A stretch of 24,214 nucleotides of DNA. Origin: Planctomycetota bacterium. Its GTDB lineage: Bacteria; Planctomycetota; UBA11346. The notes under the pieces were generated by a model. It saw nothing but the letters and a program-made list of their open reading frames with translations, was not told the DNA's origin and did no database searches. A program made the position numbers and the translations under genes. Below are positions 1 to 9,086 of this stretch, one piece after another (position 1 is the stretch's first letter; each line of letters opens with the position of its first letter). The DNA lies in the NCBI GenBank assembly GCA_038231435.1, contig JBBRLJ010000064.1, positions 1 through 24,214 of the forward strand, given 5' to 3'.

Positions 1-18
1 AGCGTCTTCAGCGGACAT
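1..18 (-). CDS. 5' end of an unidentified gene running off the left edge (MSAEDA...)
   Basis: Minus-strand ATG at 18 preceded by CGGAGACCGCCG, which contains a GGAG Shine-Dalgarno; only 6 codons are visible. Confidence 0.45.
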
Positions 19-135
19 CGGCGGTCTCCGGTTGCGGTTGTTGGCGTGGTAACCACAACCTGCCGCCCTGGCCGCCGATGTCCTTTTCTATCCCGCTCTT
101 AGAGCTCGATTCCCGATATTCCGTGAAGAACCAAA

Positions 136-198
136 CTTTTTCGCCGCAGGCGAAAAAGAGGAGCGACAAAGGGCGGGGGGTTTGGGGGCGCAGCCCCC
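136..198. repeat. Two GCA-triloop hairpins (REP-like palindromes)
   Basis: CTTTTTCGCC-GCA-GGCGAAAAAG (136-158, perfect 10-bp stem) and GGGGGC-GCA-GCCCCC (184-198). Confidence 0.65.
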
Positions 199-205
199 GA
201 TTAAA

Positions 206-1054
206 CTAAGTCAAGATGCGCTGCGCACCGGAGGCATCCTCGGCCATGACCTGTTCCTTCACCGTCACGCCGTGCCAGAGCACGCCGTGTCCGTTTTCCA
301 GGTTCGGCGCGGCCGAGATCGCGGCCGAGACGTAGGCCTTGGCGTTGAGCGTGGCCTCGCGCAGGCTGTCCGCCTTGGCGAGATTCGCGGTGATGGCGGC
401 CGAATGCGCGCAGCCGGCGCCGTGCACCTTGGTGCGCACCACGGTCTCGGCGTCGAAGTGGCGGAGCCCGTCCAGGGCGGCGAGCACGTCGAGACTGCGC
501 GTGCCCATGCCGCCGCCCGTCACCAGCACCGCGCAGCCGTACTTGTGCAGGATGCCCTTGGCCGCGGCCTCCATGTCCTCGATGCCCAGGCATTCGTCCA
601 TGCCCATCAGCAGCGCGGCTTCGAAACGATTCGGCGTGGCGATGGTGGCGCGCGGCAGCAGCTCGGTGCGCAGGGTCTCGACCATCTCGGGCTGGAGCAA
701 CGCGATGCCGCTGGAATCGGCGGCGACGGGATCCACCACCACGCGCAGCTTCGGGCGTTCGCGCAGCCAGCGCGCGACCAGGCGCATGGTGGCGACGCTC
801 GGGCACAGCCCGACCTTGACCGCGTTGATGGTCAGCTCGGACTCGACGGCGTCGAGCTGGGCGCGCACCATCTGCTCGGTGACCGGCTGCATGGAATGGA
901 TGCGCGTGAAGCTCTGGGCGGTGATGGCGGTGACCACCGAGGCGCCGTAGCACTGCAGGGCGGTGAAGGTTTTCAGGTCGGCCTGGATGCCGGCGCCGCC
1001 CGAGCTGTCGGAGGCGCCGATGGTCAGGCACACCGGCGGGAAGTAATTAGCCAT
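206..1054 (-). CDS. thiD: Hydroxymethylpyrimidine/phosphomethylpyrimidine kinase
   Basis: Motifs LTIGASDSSGGAGIQADLKTF, TAITAQ, VVVDPV, TPNRFEA and HGAGC; GGAG SD upstream; 282 aa. Confidence 0.93.
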   Translation of the reverse strand: MANYFPPVCLTIGASDSSGGAGIQADLKTFTALQCYGASVVTAITAQSFTRIHSMQPVTEQMVRAQLDAVESELTINAVKVGLCPSVATMRLVARWLRERPKLRVVVDPVAADSSGIALLQPEMVETLRTELLPRATIATPNRFEAALLMGMDECLGIEDMEAAAKGILHKYGCAVLVTGGGMGTRSLDVLAALDGLRHFDAETVVRTKVHGAGCAHSAAITANLAKADSLREATLNAKAYVSAAISAAPNLENGHGVLWHGVTVKEQVMAEDASGAQRILT

Positions 1055-1338
1055 GACGACCCGTCTCCGTTACGAATGAGAATACCCGCCGAGGCGGCAC
1101 AAGGGAAGCCGAGACATGCAGCAGGGGGGTCCGCTGGTGCGACACCGTGACGCTGGATTCCCCTGGATTCCCGGATGACGCAGCGCGGGATACCCGGGCC
1201 GGCCGCCGCTGCGGTCATGCAGCCGTCATTTTCGACCGACGGGACGAGGGCTCCCCCAGGTGGCATCCCCATGCGGTATGACGCCTCGTCCGCGGCCAGT
1301 CCGGACGCCTCGCGGGGCACGTCGCGCCGGGACGGAAG

Positions 1339-1755
1339 TCAGCGTGGGGCCTGGTTACCCTGCCTGAGGTCGTGCACCATGATCCGACGCTCCATGATGA
1401 ACGCGTCGCCAGCATGCAGCTGGAGCTGGTATTCGCCGGGGGCCTTGAAGTTGAGGTTCTGGAACTGCAGCGCGATCTCCGCGATGGCGCGCGGGTCGGC
1501 GAAGTCGACGTCGATCTTAAGCTCGTGGAGCGTCACCGATTCGCTGTCGACCAGGCGCAGGAGCAGCGCGATCTTGCCATACCCCTCGGTCAGGGAGAGG
1601 TAGACCGCGAGGGTCGGATGGACGGTGGGGAAGGCGTGCGCGCCGATCGCCGAGAAGCAGCCCATGATGAAGTGCTTGCCGGTGGCCGGGTCGCGCCAGA
1701 CCGCGTCGCAGACGACCATCGCGAGCGGTTGGGGCAGGGCAGGCGGTTGGGGCAT
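1339..1755 (-). CDS. DUF6941-like beta-sandwich protein
   Basis: 138 aa with VCDAVWRDPATGKHFIMGCF...FP...F.APGEY.LQL pattern; GC-rich third-position codon usage. Confidence 0.75.
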   Translation of the reverse strand: MPQPPALPQPLAMVVCDAVWRDPATGKHFIMGCFSAIGAHAFPTVHPTLAVYLSLTEGYGKIALLLRLVDSESVTLHELKIDVDFADPRAIAEIALQFQNLNFKAPGEYQLQLHAGDAFIMERRIMVHDLRQGNQAPR

Positions 1756-1861
1756 CGTGGTAGTAGACGAGCGGGAGCGCTGGGCGGAAGCGCTGTCGCA
1801 ACGTCGTCAGTGCTGCTGTCCGTCGCGCGGCTCAGCCGGCGAGGGAATCCGGATCGGCAAC

Positions 1862-2224
1862 CTAGCGCCGGGGCTCGCGGCCGCGCCGCATCGCGCTGTT
1901 GGCGACCAGGAATCGCGACAGCGCCGCCGTCGCGGCGATCACCGCGCAGATCCACGCGCCGAGGCCGATGAGATTCCACGCGCCGCCGAGGCGGAGATGT
2001 CCTTCGACGGCGAGGTAGACCGTGAGGTCGCTCACCAGCGCGTAGGCCAAGCTGAAGCAGGCGAAGGTCTCCCACGAGGTGCGCGCGCGCACGCCGCCGT
2101 GGCAGCCGCTGCAGCGGCTCTCGAGCAGAGGCTCGAGTTCGCGAATCGGGGTGGCGACGGGAGCGAGATTGCGCACGCCACACCAGGGGCAGGGCGTGCA
2201 CAGGAAGGTGGGAGCGAAGTGCAT
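1862..2224 (-). CDS. Small Zn-ribbon + two-TM membrane protein (hypothetical)
   Basis: CPWC...CSGC followed by two hydrophobic stretches and a basic tail; start uncertain (2224 or 2290). Confidence 0.55.
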   Translation of the reverse strand: MHFAPTFLCTPCPWCGVRNLAPVATPIRELEPLLESRCSGCHGGVRARTSWETFACFSLAYALVSDLTVYLAVEGHLRLGGAWNLIGLGAWICAVIAATAALSRFLVANSAMRRGREPRR

Positions 2225-2309
2225 CTGGGGATTCCGTGGCGAGGCCGTTGCGCGCGAGCCTAGCGGCGCGACGGCTGGATTCAGCAGCATTCCACGCTCT
2301 ATGGGCTCC

Positions 2310-2444
2310 CTAGGACGAGAGCTGGTTGTGTCAGGGGCTTCGCCCCTACGGCCTTCGGCCTACCCCACGGGCTTTGTCGGGGCTCTCTTTCGCCGTGCGG
2401 GCGAACTAGTCGGCGGAGGGGCTTCGCCCGTTGTATCCGCCGAC
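2310..2444. repeat. Cluster of REP/MITE-like hairpins
   Basis: AGGGGC-TTC-GCCCCT (2333-2347), GGCC-TTC-GGCC (2350-2360), TTCGCC-N5-GGCGAA (2389-2405), and GTCGGCGGA...TCCGCCGAC (2409-2444) enclosing GGGC-TTC-GCCC. Confidence 0.65.
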
Positions 2445-2482
2445 GGCCCCTCGGCGCCTGGTCGTTGGCGCTCCGGGTGGGA

Positions 2483-2881
2483 TCAGAAGCCCTTCTTCTC
2501 CAAGGCGCGTTCGATCACGCCGGCGAGGTGGGGTTCGGCGTTGCGCAGGTCGGAGCCTTCGCCGGAGACGGCGGTGAAGAAGTCGGCGCCGCTGGGCGTG
2601 GCCTTGATGCCGATGACCACGAAGGGCATGCCGCTGAGCACGATGCCCACCGCTTTGCGCTGGTCCTCGGTCAGGGCGTCGCCGTCGACGGCGGACTCCG
2701 TCTGCTTGCCTTTTTTTCCGGTGGGACCGGCGAGTTTTCCGGTGGGACCTGCGAGTATTCCGGTGGGACCGGCGATCGTTCCGGCCGGGGGCTTGGTTGA
2801 CGTCTTGGCAGGGGCCGCATCTTTGCCGGGCTTGGCCGAGGCCGGGCCGCCGCCGGGAAAGCGGATGATCTTGTCGCTCAT
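2483..2881 (-). CDS. Hypothetical protein (132 aa): low-complexity N-terminal half plus compact C-terminal domain
   Basis: MSDKIIRFPG start, P/A/K/G-rich linker, and an amphipathic ~65-aa C-terminal region; typical codon usage. Confidence 0.75.
   Translation of the reverse strand: MSDKIIRFPGGGPASAKPGKDAAPAKTSTKPPAGTIAGPTGILAGPTGKLAGPTGKKGKQTESAVDGDALTEDQRKAVGIVLSGMPFVVIGIKATPSGADFFTAVSGEGSDLRNAEPHLAGVIERALEKKGF
2718..2784. repeat. 21-bp coding tandem repeat x3
   Basis: CCGGTGGGACC(G/T)GCGA..... units start at 2718, 2739 and 2760 and encode (I/L)AGPTG(I/K) heptads on the minus strand. Confidence 0.9.
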
Positions 2882-3000
2882 GCGCTGAGCTTCGGCGGGA
2901 TCGCATCGGGACAAGTCTGAAGCTGGAGCGGGCTTCACAGCGAGAGGCGGCTGGCGTGGCGACGGCGCGACCGCCGGACGCCTGCACATTTTCCGCCGCG

Positions 3001-3009
3001 TGCTAGGCT
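3001..3009 (+). promoter_or_regulatory. Extended -10 element of a probable leaderless promoter
   Basis: TG-C-TAGGCT, 6 nt before ATG 3016, with no SD. Confidence 0.6.
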
Positions 3010-3015
3010 CGGGGC

Positions 3016-3861
3016 ATGGCCGCTTCGCCGCTCGTCAATGCCTGCGTGGTGCTCGTGCGCACCCAGGGCCCGATCAATCTCGGCATGGTCGCGCGCCTGT
3101 GCGGCAATCTCGGCATCACCGATCTGCGCCTGGTGGCCCCGCAGTGCGAGGTCGACTGCGCCGAGAGCCGCATGTTCTCGACCCATTCGCGCGAGCTGAT
3201 GCTGCACGCGCCGGTGTTCGCGACGCTATCCGAGGCGGTTGCAGATCGTGGCCTGGTGATCGGTTCGAGCGCGCGCTTCCGCGAGAAGGAGCTAGGCGCC
3301 AGCCACGCGCCGCACGAGGTGCCGAGGCTGCTCGAGCGCCGCCCGGCAGGGCGCTACGCGTTGGTCTTCGGCAACGAGGCCGACGGCCTGAACGACGACG
3401 AGCTGCGCTGCTGCCAGGCGTGGGTGCACCTCGATACCTTCGGCCCGAACAACAGCTACAACCTGGCGAACGCCTGCGCGATCACCCTCTACGCCATCGC
3501 CACTGCGGTGGCGCCGTCGCCGCCCGCCGAGCTCGAACCCGCTGCGGATCGCGCCCATGTCGACGACCTGTTCCGATTCTGGCTCGGCACCCTCGACCGC
3601 ATCCAGTATTTCCGCCGCACCGAGTTCGACCGCTTCGCTCCGCAGCTGTCGCGCTTCATCGGCCGCCTGCACCTGACCGTGCACGACGTGCAGGTGCTGC
3701 GCGGGATGCTCGCGCAGATGAACTACTTCGCCTTCGGCGAGCGCGGCGCGGCAGTGCCGCCGGTACCGGAAGCCACGGCGGACGTGATGGGCCAAGCCAC
3801 CGGTCCTGCTGCCCATAGCGCTGAAGGCACGGAAAGCGCCGATGCACAGCGGCGGTCGTAA
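3016..3861 (+). CDS. trmJ: TrmJ/LasT-type SPOUT tRNA 2'-O-methyltransferase
   Basis: VVLVRTQGPINLGMVAR, LRLVAP, ALVFGNEADGLNDDEL, SYNLANAC, and a C-terminal helical domain (VQVLRGML). Confidence 0.88.
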   Translation: MAASPLVNACVVLVRTQGPINLGMVARLCGNLGITDLRLVAPQCEVDCAESRMFSTHSRELMLHAPVFATLSEAVADRGLVIGSSARFREKELGASHAPHEVPRLLERRPAGRYALVFGNEADGLNDDELRCCQAWVHLDTFGPNNSYNLANACAITLYAIATAVAPSPPAELEPAADRAHVDDLFRFWLGTLDRIQYFRRTEFDRFAPQLSRFIGRLHLTVHDVQVLRGMLAQMNYFAFGERGAAVPPVPEATADVMGQATGPAAHSAEGTESADAQRRS

Positions 3862-3900
3862 TCGGCACGCGAGCGCTAGGCTACCGGCGTAGGAGCCGCC

Positions 3901-6186
3901 GTGACCCGCACCGCCGCCACCGATCCGACCAACCGCCAGCAGGCCGCGCCCAGCGCCGAGACCATGGAGCAGGCGGTCGCGCGCGCCAACATCGTCTACA
4001 CCTTGGATTCCTTCCAGACCGGGCATCCGCACGTGCCGCCGTTCGTCTCCAACGGCATCGTCGGCGGCTGCTTCGATCTGCATGGCTTCATGAGCCATCC
4101 CAACACCGGCTACCCAGAGGGCCGCACGGTGCTCGGCTACAACGGCCACCACCACGCGCGCGCCCACGGCCAGCACGTGCAGTTCCCGCTCGCGGTGATC
4201 TGCTCGCATTTCGCCGACGCGCATCCGATCAACCTGGTCGACTGCACGGACTACCGACAGGAGCTCGACCTGCTCAGCGCCACGCTGACCACCGCCTACG
4301 ATCTTTACGGCCAGACGCGTATCACCGCCTACGCACCGCTTGAGGCCCCCAACCTGTTCGTCTACCGCATCGAGCGCACGCCGATGAGCGCGGCGCGCGT
4401 GCTGCATCTCGAGATCGAGGCCGAGACCTCGCGCTGCCAGAACAACGACAGCGGCTCGACGGTCGAACCGGTGCGACTCGAATTCGTGCACGGCTCGGAC
4501 TCCGACCAGGTGACGGTGGTCAGCCGCACCAACGCCACCACCACGCGCTGGATCGTGCATTGCCCGGGGGCGGAGCTCGAGGTGCGCGGCACGCACGTGC
4601 ACGTGCGGCTCGACAGCAGGGCCGATGGCACCGCCGAGCACACCGTGAAGATCTGGATCGAGCGGGCCGGGTGTCCCGGCGAGGAGATCCTGGGGCGTTC
4701 GCATGCCGAGCTGCACACCGCACACGCTGGGGCCTGGCGGCGCTTCTGGGAGACCTCGTGGGCGTCGTTCCCCGAGGAACGCGCGCACGCGATCTGGACG
4801 CGCACCAAATATTACATGGGCTGCAATTTCCCGGTGGTGCCGGCGCGGCCGATGTGCCCCACCGGGGTGCTGAGCAACATCTGGGGCTACTATTTCCCGC
4901 AGGACGTCTACTACGTGGCCGAGAGCCTGCCGCGGCTCGGCCACAGCGATCGCGGCGCAATCGCTGCGCGGACGTGGCTCGACTGCCTGCCCGAGGTGCG
5001 CGCCTATGGCAAGCGCCTACTGGGCGTCGAGGGCGCGTACTACCCGTGGACGCCGCCCTTCCAGGATTGGGGGAAGTTCGAGATCGACGGCGTGGTCGGC
5101 CCCGATTCGTACGAGCTGCACAACCCCGTCTACGTGCTGGCGATCGCCTGGCACCACTGGCTGCTGACGCGCGACCGCGATTTCCTCGTCGCGTTCTTCC
5201 CGGTCATCGAGGGCGTCTTCGAATTCTTCCGCAACATCTCGAGCAAGAACGCCGACGGTACCTGGGACATCTACCACGTCCACGCGCGCGGCCAGGACGA
5301 GGCCTCGTCGACCGACGGCAAGCTGCGCAACCTGCTGTGCGCTGGCTTCGGCGCCGAATACAGCGCGCGCGCCTATGTGCAGGCGGCCGCGGAGCTGAAG
5401 CGGCCGGAATCGCGTCTGCTCGCGGATGCGCGCGACATCGTCGCCAACGGCATGACGCGCAAGACGTTGATGCGCCCCGATGGCTGGTTCACCACCTACG
5501 AAGGCGACACGCGGCCCAATGGCGCGCAGAAGCATCCGGTGCAGCTGAACCCCATCGCCTACCTGCCGATGCCCGAGATGGCCGAGCCAGGCACGCCGTG
5601 CGAGACCGCCTGGCGCAATCGCTTCGAGCTGACGTTCGACGCCAAGCGGCCGTTCACCTGCGGTTGGACGCTCGGCGAATTCGCGCTCGCGTCGGCGCGC
5701 ATGCGCGCGCCCGCCGAACTCGAAAAGGATCTGCTCGCCATCCAGCCGTGCCGCTCGGCGGATCCGCGTTGGATCCAGTTCTACGAATCCAGCTTTCAAG
5801 AGGGCTGGCACCTCAGCAAAGCCTACTACTTCACCATGAGCGGCCTCTACCTGCAGGCATTCACCGATTGCCTGGTCCAGGATTGGCGCGGCTACCTGGA
5901 TCTGTTCGCCTGCCTGCTCCCGCGCTGGCTCGACCAGACGGTGTCGTTCCATGGCTTCCGCGCGCGCGGCGACCTCACGGTCTCGGGCGCGTGGAGCGCA
6001 GGACGCCTAGCGGTGACCATCGTTCCCGGACAGCGTGCCGCGTCTTCGCTGCGGGTACGCGTATCCCGCCCTGGCGTGACGGTGGCCGCGAGCGGGCAGT
6101 CGTCGGGTCCAGCGCGCTTCGCTGGCGACGATGTGGTCGAGCTCGGCTTCGCCGGCCGCGCGCCGATTACGCTTTCATCCGGCTGA
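3901..6186 (+). CDS. Six-hairpin (alpha/alpha)6 glycosidase, GH65/GH95-like
   Basis: GTG start with AGGAG SD (3891-3895) and TAGGCT -10 (3877-3882). Motifs YRQELDL..ATLTT, H..AWRRFW, YFPQD, GAYYPW, ELH, GQDE, GWT, GFRARG. Confidence 0.75.
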   Translation: MTRTAATDPTNRQQAAPSAETMEQAVARANIVYTLDSFQTGHPHVPPFVSNGIVGGCFDLHGFMSHPNTGYPEGRTVLGYNGHHHARAHGQHVQFPLAVICSHFADAHPINLVDCTDYRQELDLLSATLTTAYDLYGQTRITAYAPLEAPNLFVYRIERTPMSAARVLHLEIEAETSRCQNNDSGSTVEPVRLEFVHGSDSDQVTVVSRTNATTTRWIVHCPGAELEVRGTHVHVRLDSRADGTAEHTVKIWIERAGCPGEEILGRSHAELHTAHAGAWRRFWETSWASFPEERAHAIWTRTKYYMGCNFPVVPARPMCPTGVLSNIWGYYFPQDVYYVAESLPRLGHSDRGAIAARTWLDCLPEVRAYGKRLLGVEGAYYPWTPPFQDWGKFEIDGVVGPDSYELHNPVYVLAIAWHHWLLTRDRDFLVAFFPVIEGVFEFFRNISSKNADGTWDIYHVHARGQDEASSTDGKLRNLLCAGFGAEYSARAYVQAAAELKRPESRLLADARDIVANGMTRKTLMRPDGWFTTYEGDTRPNGAQKHPVQLNPIAYLPMPEMAEPGTPCETAWRNRFELTFDAKRPFTCGWTLGEFALASARMRAPAELEKDLLAIQPCRSADPRWIQFYESSFQEGWHLSKAYYFTMSGLYLQAFTDCLVQDWRGYLDLFACLLPRWLDQTVSFHGFRARGDLTVSGAWSAGRLAVTIVPGQRAASSLRVRVSRPGVTVAASGQSSGPARFAGDDVVELGFAGRAPITLSSG

Positions 6187-6201
6187 TGGCTGATGGCTGA
6201 T
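6181..6201. repeat. GGCTGAT heptamer x3 across the stop codon
   Basis: ggctgat-ggctgat-ggctgat seen directly. Confidence 0.8.
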
Positions 6202-6263
6202 GCCAGGCGCGCGGTCAGGCAGAGGCCCGTCGCCATCGCCAACAGGGTCGCCACCGCGCGTTC

Positions 6264-9086
6264 TCACGCCCGGAAGCGCAGCGTCACGATCGCGTGCGCC
6301 GCGAGCTCGACGGTGGCCGTTGCGAGGGTCTCGGCCGCGTCGCGCGACGCGATCGGCGCGGCGACCGGGTTCTCGGCGAGATCCACCGCGGCGACTGTCG
6401 TCCATGGCAGGCCCAGGCGCAGGCGCACGTGGCGCGCCATCGCCCCCGGATTGAAGAAGCGCACGATCGTCCCCGTGCCGTCGGCGGCGCGCTTGAGGCA
6501 GGTAACTGCGATCTCGGTATCGTCGCACCACAGCAATTCGCGTGGCAGCGACGCGAGCTCGTCGAGCCCCGTTCCCACCAGGCAGCCTTCGCCGAAGAGC
6601 GGCGAAACGTAGGCCGAGGCCTGATGGATGGTGCTCGCCAGGGTCGCCGACGGCGCAAAGGCGAACTCGGCAGCCTGCGCGCCGAGCTCGCGCGCGTGCG
6701 TCACCGGCAGGTTGCACCCGGCGGCGGGGCCGACCATGTCCACGGCGCGGATCAAGGTGATCAGCACATCGCCACCCGTCGTGCGGGCGCGCGCCTCGAA
6801 CTCGTAGAGGCCGCGCGTCATCAGCGCCAGGCCACCAGCGCCTGGCCGGGCCAGGTGCAGGTAGTCGGTCATGGGCCGGCAGGGGAAGCGCTCGCCGGCA
6901 CGCGTCCACGCGCGTGGCAGCGCCGCGAAGTGGCCTCCGGAGCGGATCTCGGGCCGCTGGACGTCATCGCCGGCCACGTCATCGCAAGAGAAGCCGACGC
7001 GCAGGCGGTGGTGCACGGCGCGGTTCTCCCACGCCACGCGCGCCTCGACCCGGGCGACGCCGGCGCGCAGGGTGTAGGTGGCGACGATGCGGTGGGCCAG
7101 CGCGCGCGCCGAGCGGCCCTCGGCGCCACTGCGCTCGGGGATCGCCAGTTCGCTCACCACCACCAGGCGCGCGGTGCGTTCATCGATGACGGTGGCGGTG
7201 ATCTCGACCGGCACCGTCGCCCTGGTCGACAGTGGCACGTCGCCTTGCAGCGGCTGGAAATCGTAGGTGTCGCCGCGGTCGGCGCAGTCCTCGAACCAGC
7301 ACAGTCCGGACCAGCTCGACCAGTCGCGGGTGTCGCGAAGGGTGAGCCCGCCGCCGGGGCCGACTTCGAGCTCGAGCACGCCGTTAGCGATCGAGCGTGG
7401 CGTCGGCGCGCGCACTGCCGCGGCGATAGCCACCACCGTTGGCGCCGCCGCTGAGCCGGCCCGCGCAGGCTCCAGGCGGAAGGTCTGGAAGCCGGCATGA
7501 TCGCCGAAATCAGCGACGCCCTCGACGTCGACCAGGGTGTAGACCTGGGCGGGATCGCGTGCCGGGCTCGGCGCCTTGCAGGCGAGCACGCCGAGATCGT
7601 GATTGGTCGCGTACCAGGTCTCGAGGTCGATGTTGCGCAGCCCGGCGAGCCGCCCCGATCCCACCACCCGGTCATCGCCGTCGAGCACGTCCCACTCCTC
7701 GCCGGCGAGCCGCGTCGGGATGCGCACGCGCGCCGTGAATGGAGCGCGCCCCCGCCGCAGCACCGGGTTGAAGAGGGTGAACGCCGGGATCGGCGACCCG
7801 CCATGGCTCCTGGCCACAGCGGCGGGGCCGATGACATCGGTGCGCCTTGGCAGCAGCTCGCGCAGCAGGCGCTCGGCCATCACCGCGTGCAGCTGCAGGA
7901 TGTGCTGAAAGCGCGCGGCGATGTCGGCCATCACCTCGTCGCGGCTGCAGGCACAGATCGAGTCGTGGGGATGGTTCTGGACCAGCAGCTTCCAGGCGTG
8001 CTCGAGGAAATGCGCGTTCGATCGTCCGGTGCGCGCGTGGTGCACGAGCTCGAGCGGTTCGAGCGCGCGCGTCAGGATCAGTTCGCACTCGCGGTTCAGG
8101 CGCTTGATCTCGCGATTGGTCGAGAGCACGCCCTGCAGATCCATCGGCCAGGTCGGCATGCCGCGCATCTCGCCGCTGATGGACTCGAACACCACGCCGC
8201 GCGCGGCCGCCGCGCGCTCGGCATCGCTGGCGAAGCTTCCCGGATCAGAGGCCACGAAGCGCACGCCGAGCCCCGCCTGGTTGAGCGCGGCGAGGATCGC
8301 GGTCATGCCTGGGCGCATCTCCATGTGGTCGCAGCCCGCGCTGAAGTAGAGGGGGCCGGCGGGATTGGCCGGGCATTCGCCATCGATCGCCGGGCGCGCG
8401 GCGGCGACCGCCGACTCTGCGGTAGACAGCGACTCGTCGAGATCGCGGCCGAGATCGCCACGCGTGATCCACATGCCATTGCCGTAGCCGCGTACCAGCG
8501 CGAGCACCTCAGAGCCGTCGAGCCAGCGCCAGCGGTAGACGGCCTTGGCGCCATCGGCCATGTTCGCCGGCCCGCGCCCGAAGTTGACCGAGCGGATGCC
8601 GAAGCCGGCCATGATCGCCGGCAAGGTGGCGATCGAGCCGAACGAATCCGGCACGTAGCCATGCATCATGGCGCCGCCGAAGTCCGCGGCGATACGCATG
8701 CCGATGTGCAGGTTACGCACCGTGGCCTCTTCGCATTCGAGGAACTGGTCGGCGAGCACGTACCAGGGCCCGAACACGATCCTGCCCGCGCGCGCATGGT
8801 CGCGGAGGCGTTCGCGCTGGTCTGGCCTGACCGCGAGATAGTCCTCGATCACCACCGTCTGCCCATCGAAGACGAAGCGCAGGCCCGGCTCGGCCTCGAG
8901 CACGGCCATCAGGCGGTCGATGAGCTCGACCAGGCGGAAACGGTACTGCTCGAAGGTCTGGATCCACTCGCGGTCCCAATGGGTGGTGAAGACCACGTGG
9001 GCGACCGGCAAGGCCTCCGTCGGGATCACCGCGGCGGTGGCGCGTGCGGGCGAGGTCGAGGCGGATGCGGTCGGGACAGTGCTCAT
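6264..9086 (-). CDS. GH38 alpha-mannosidase (mannosylglycerate hydrolase MngB-like architecture)
   Basis: THWDREW, FVFDGQT, GPWYVLADQFL, GYVPDSFGS (nucleophile Asp), QNHPHDSICACS, DRGDTYDF. Start placed at 9086 from TATGCT-N6-ATG; the ORF is open to 9200. Confidence 0.92.
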   Translation of the reverse strand: MSTVPTASASTSPARATAAVIPTEALPVAHVVFTTHWDREWIQTFEQYRFRLVELIDRLMAVLEAEPGLRFVFDGQTVVIEDYLAVRPDQRERLRDHARAGRIVFGPWYVLADQFLECEEATVRNLHIGMRIAADFGGAMMHGYVPDSFGSIATLPAIMAGFGIRSVNFGRGPANMADGAKAVYRWRWLDGSEVLALVRGYGNGMWITRGDLGRDLDESLSTAESAVAAARPAIDGECPANPAGPLYFSAGCDHMEMRPGMTAILAALNQAGLGVRFVASDPGSFASDAERAAAARGVVFESISGEMRGMPTWPMDLQGVLSTNREIKRLNRECELILTRALEPLELVHHARTGRSNAHFLEHAWKLLVQNHPHDSICACSRDEVMADIAARFQHILQLHAVMAERLLRELLPRRTDVIGPAAVARSHGGSPIPAFTLFNPVLRRGRAPFTARVRIPTRLAGEEWDVLDGDDRVVGSGRLAGLRNIDLETWYATNHDLGVLACKAPSPARDPAQVYTLVDVEGVADFGDHAGFQTFRLEPARAGSAAAPTVVAIAAAVRAPTPRSIANGVLELEVGPGGGLTLRDTRDWSSWSGLCWFEDCADRGDTYDFQPLQGDVPLSTRATVPVEITATVIDERTARLVVVSELAIPERSGAEGRSARALAHRIVATYTLRAGVARVEARVAWENRAVHHRLRVGFSCDDVAGDDVQRPEIRSGGHFAALPRAWTRAGERFPCRPMTDYLHLARPGAGGLALMTRGLYEFEARARTTGGDVLITLIRAVDMVGPAAGCNLPVTHARELGAQAAEFAFAPSATLASTIHQASAYVSPLFGEGCLVGTGLDELASLPRELLWCDDTEIAVTCLKRAADGTGTIVRFFNPGAMARHVRLRLGLPWTTVAAVDLAENPVAAPIASRDAAETLATATVELAAHAIVTLRFRA

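Noticed and set aside
1055..1338. TPP riboswitch upstream of thiD
   Set aside because: No minus-strand CTGAGA...ACCTGA...GCGTAGGGAA core is visible; only a short CTGGATTCCC x2 duplication (1153-1172).
2718..2784. CRISPR-like array
   Set aside because: The 21-bp units are contiguous and in frame within a CDS, with no unique spacers and no cas genes.
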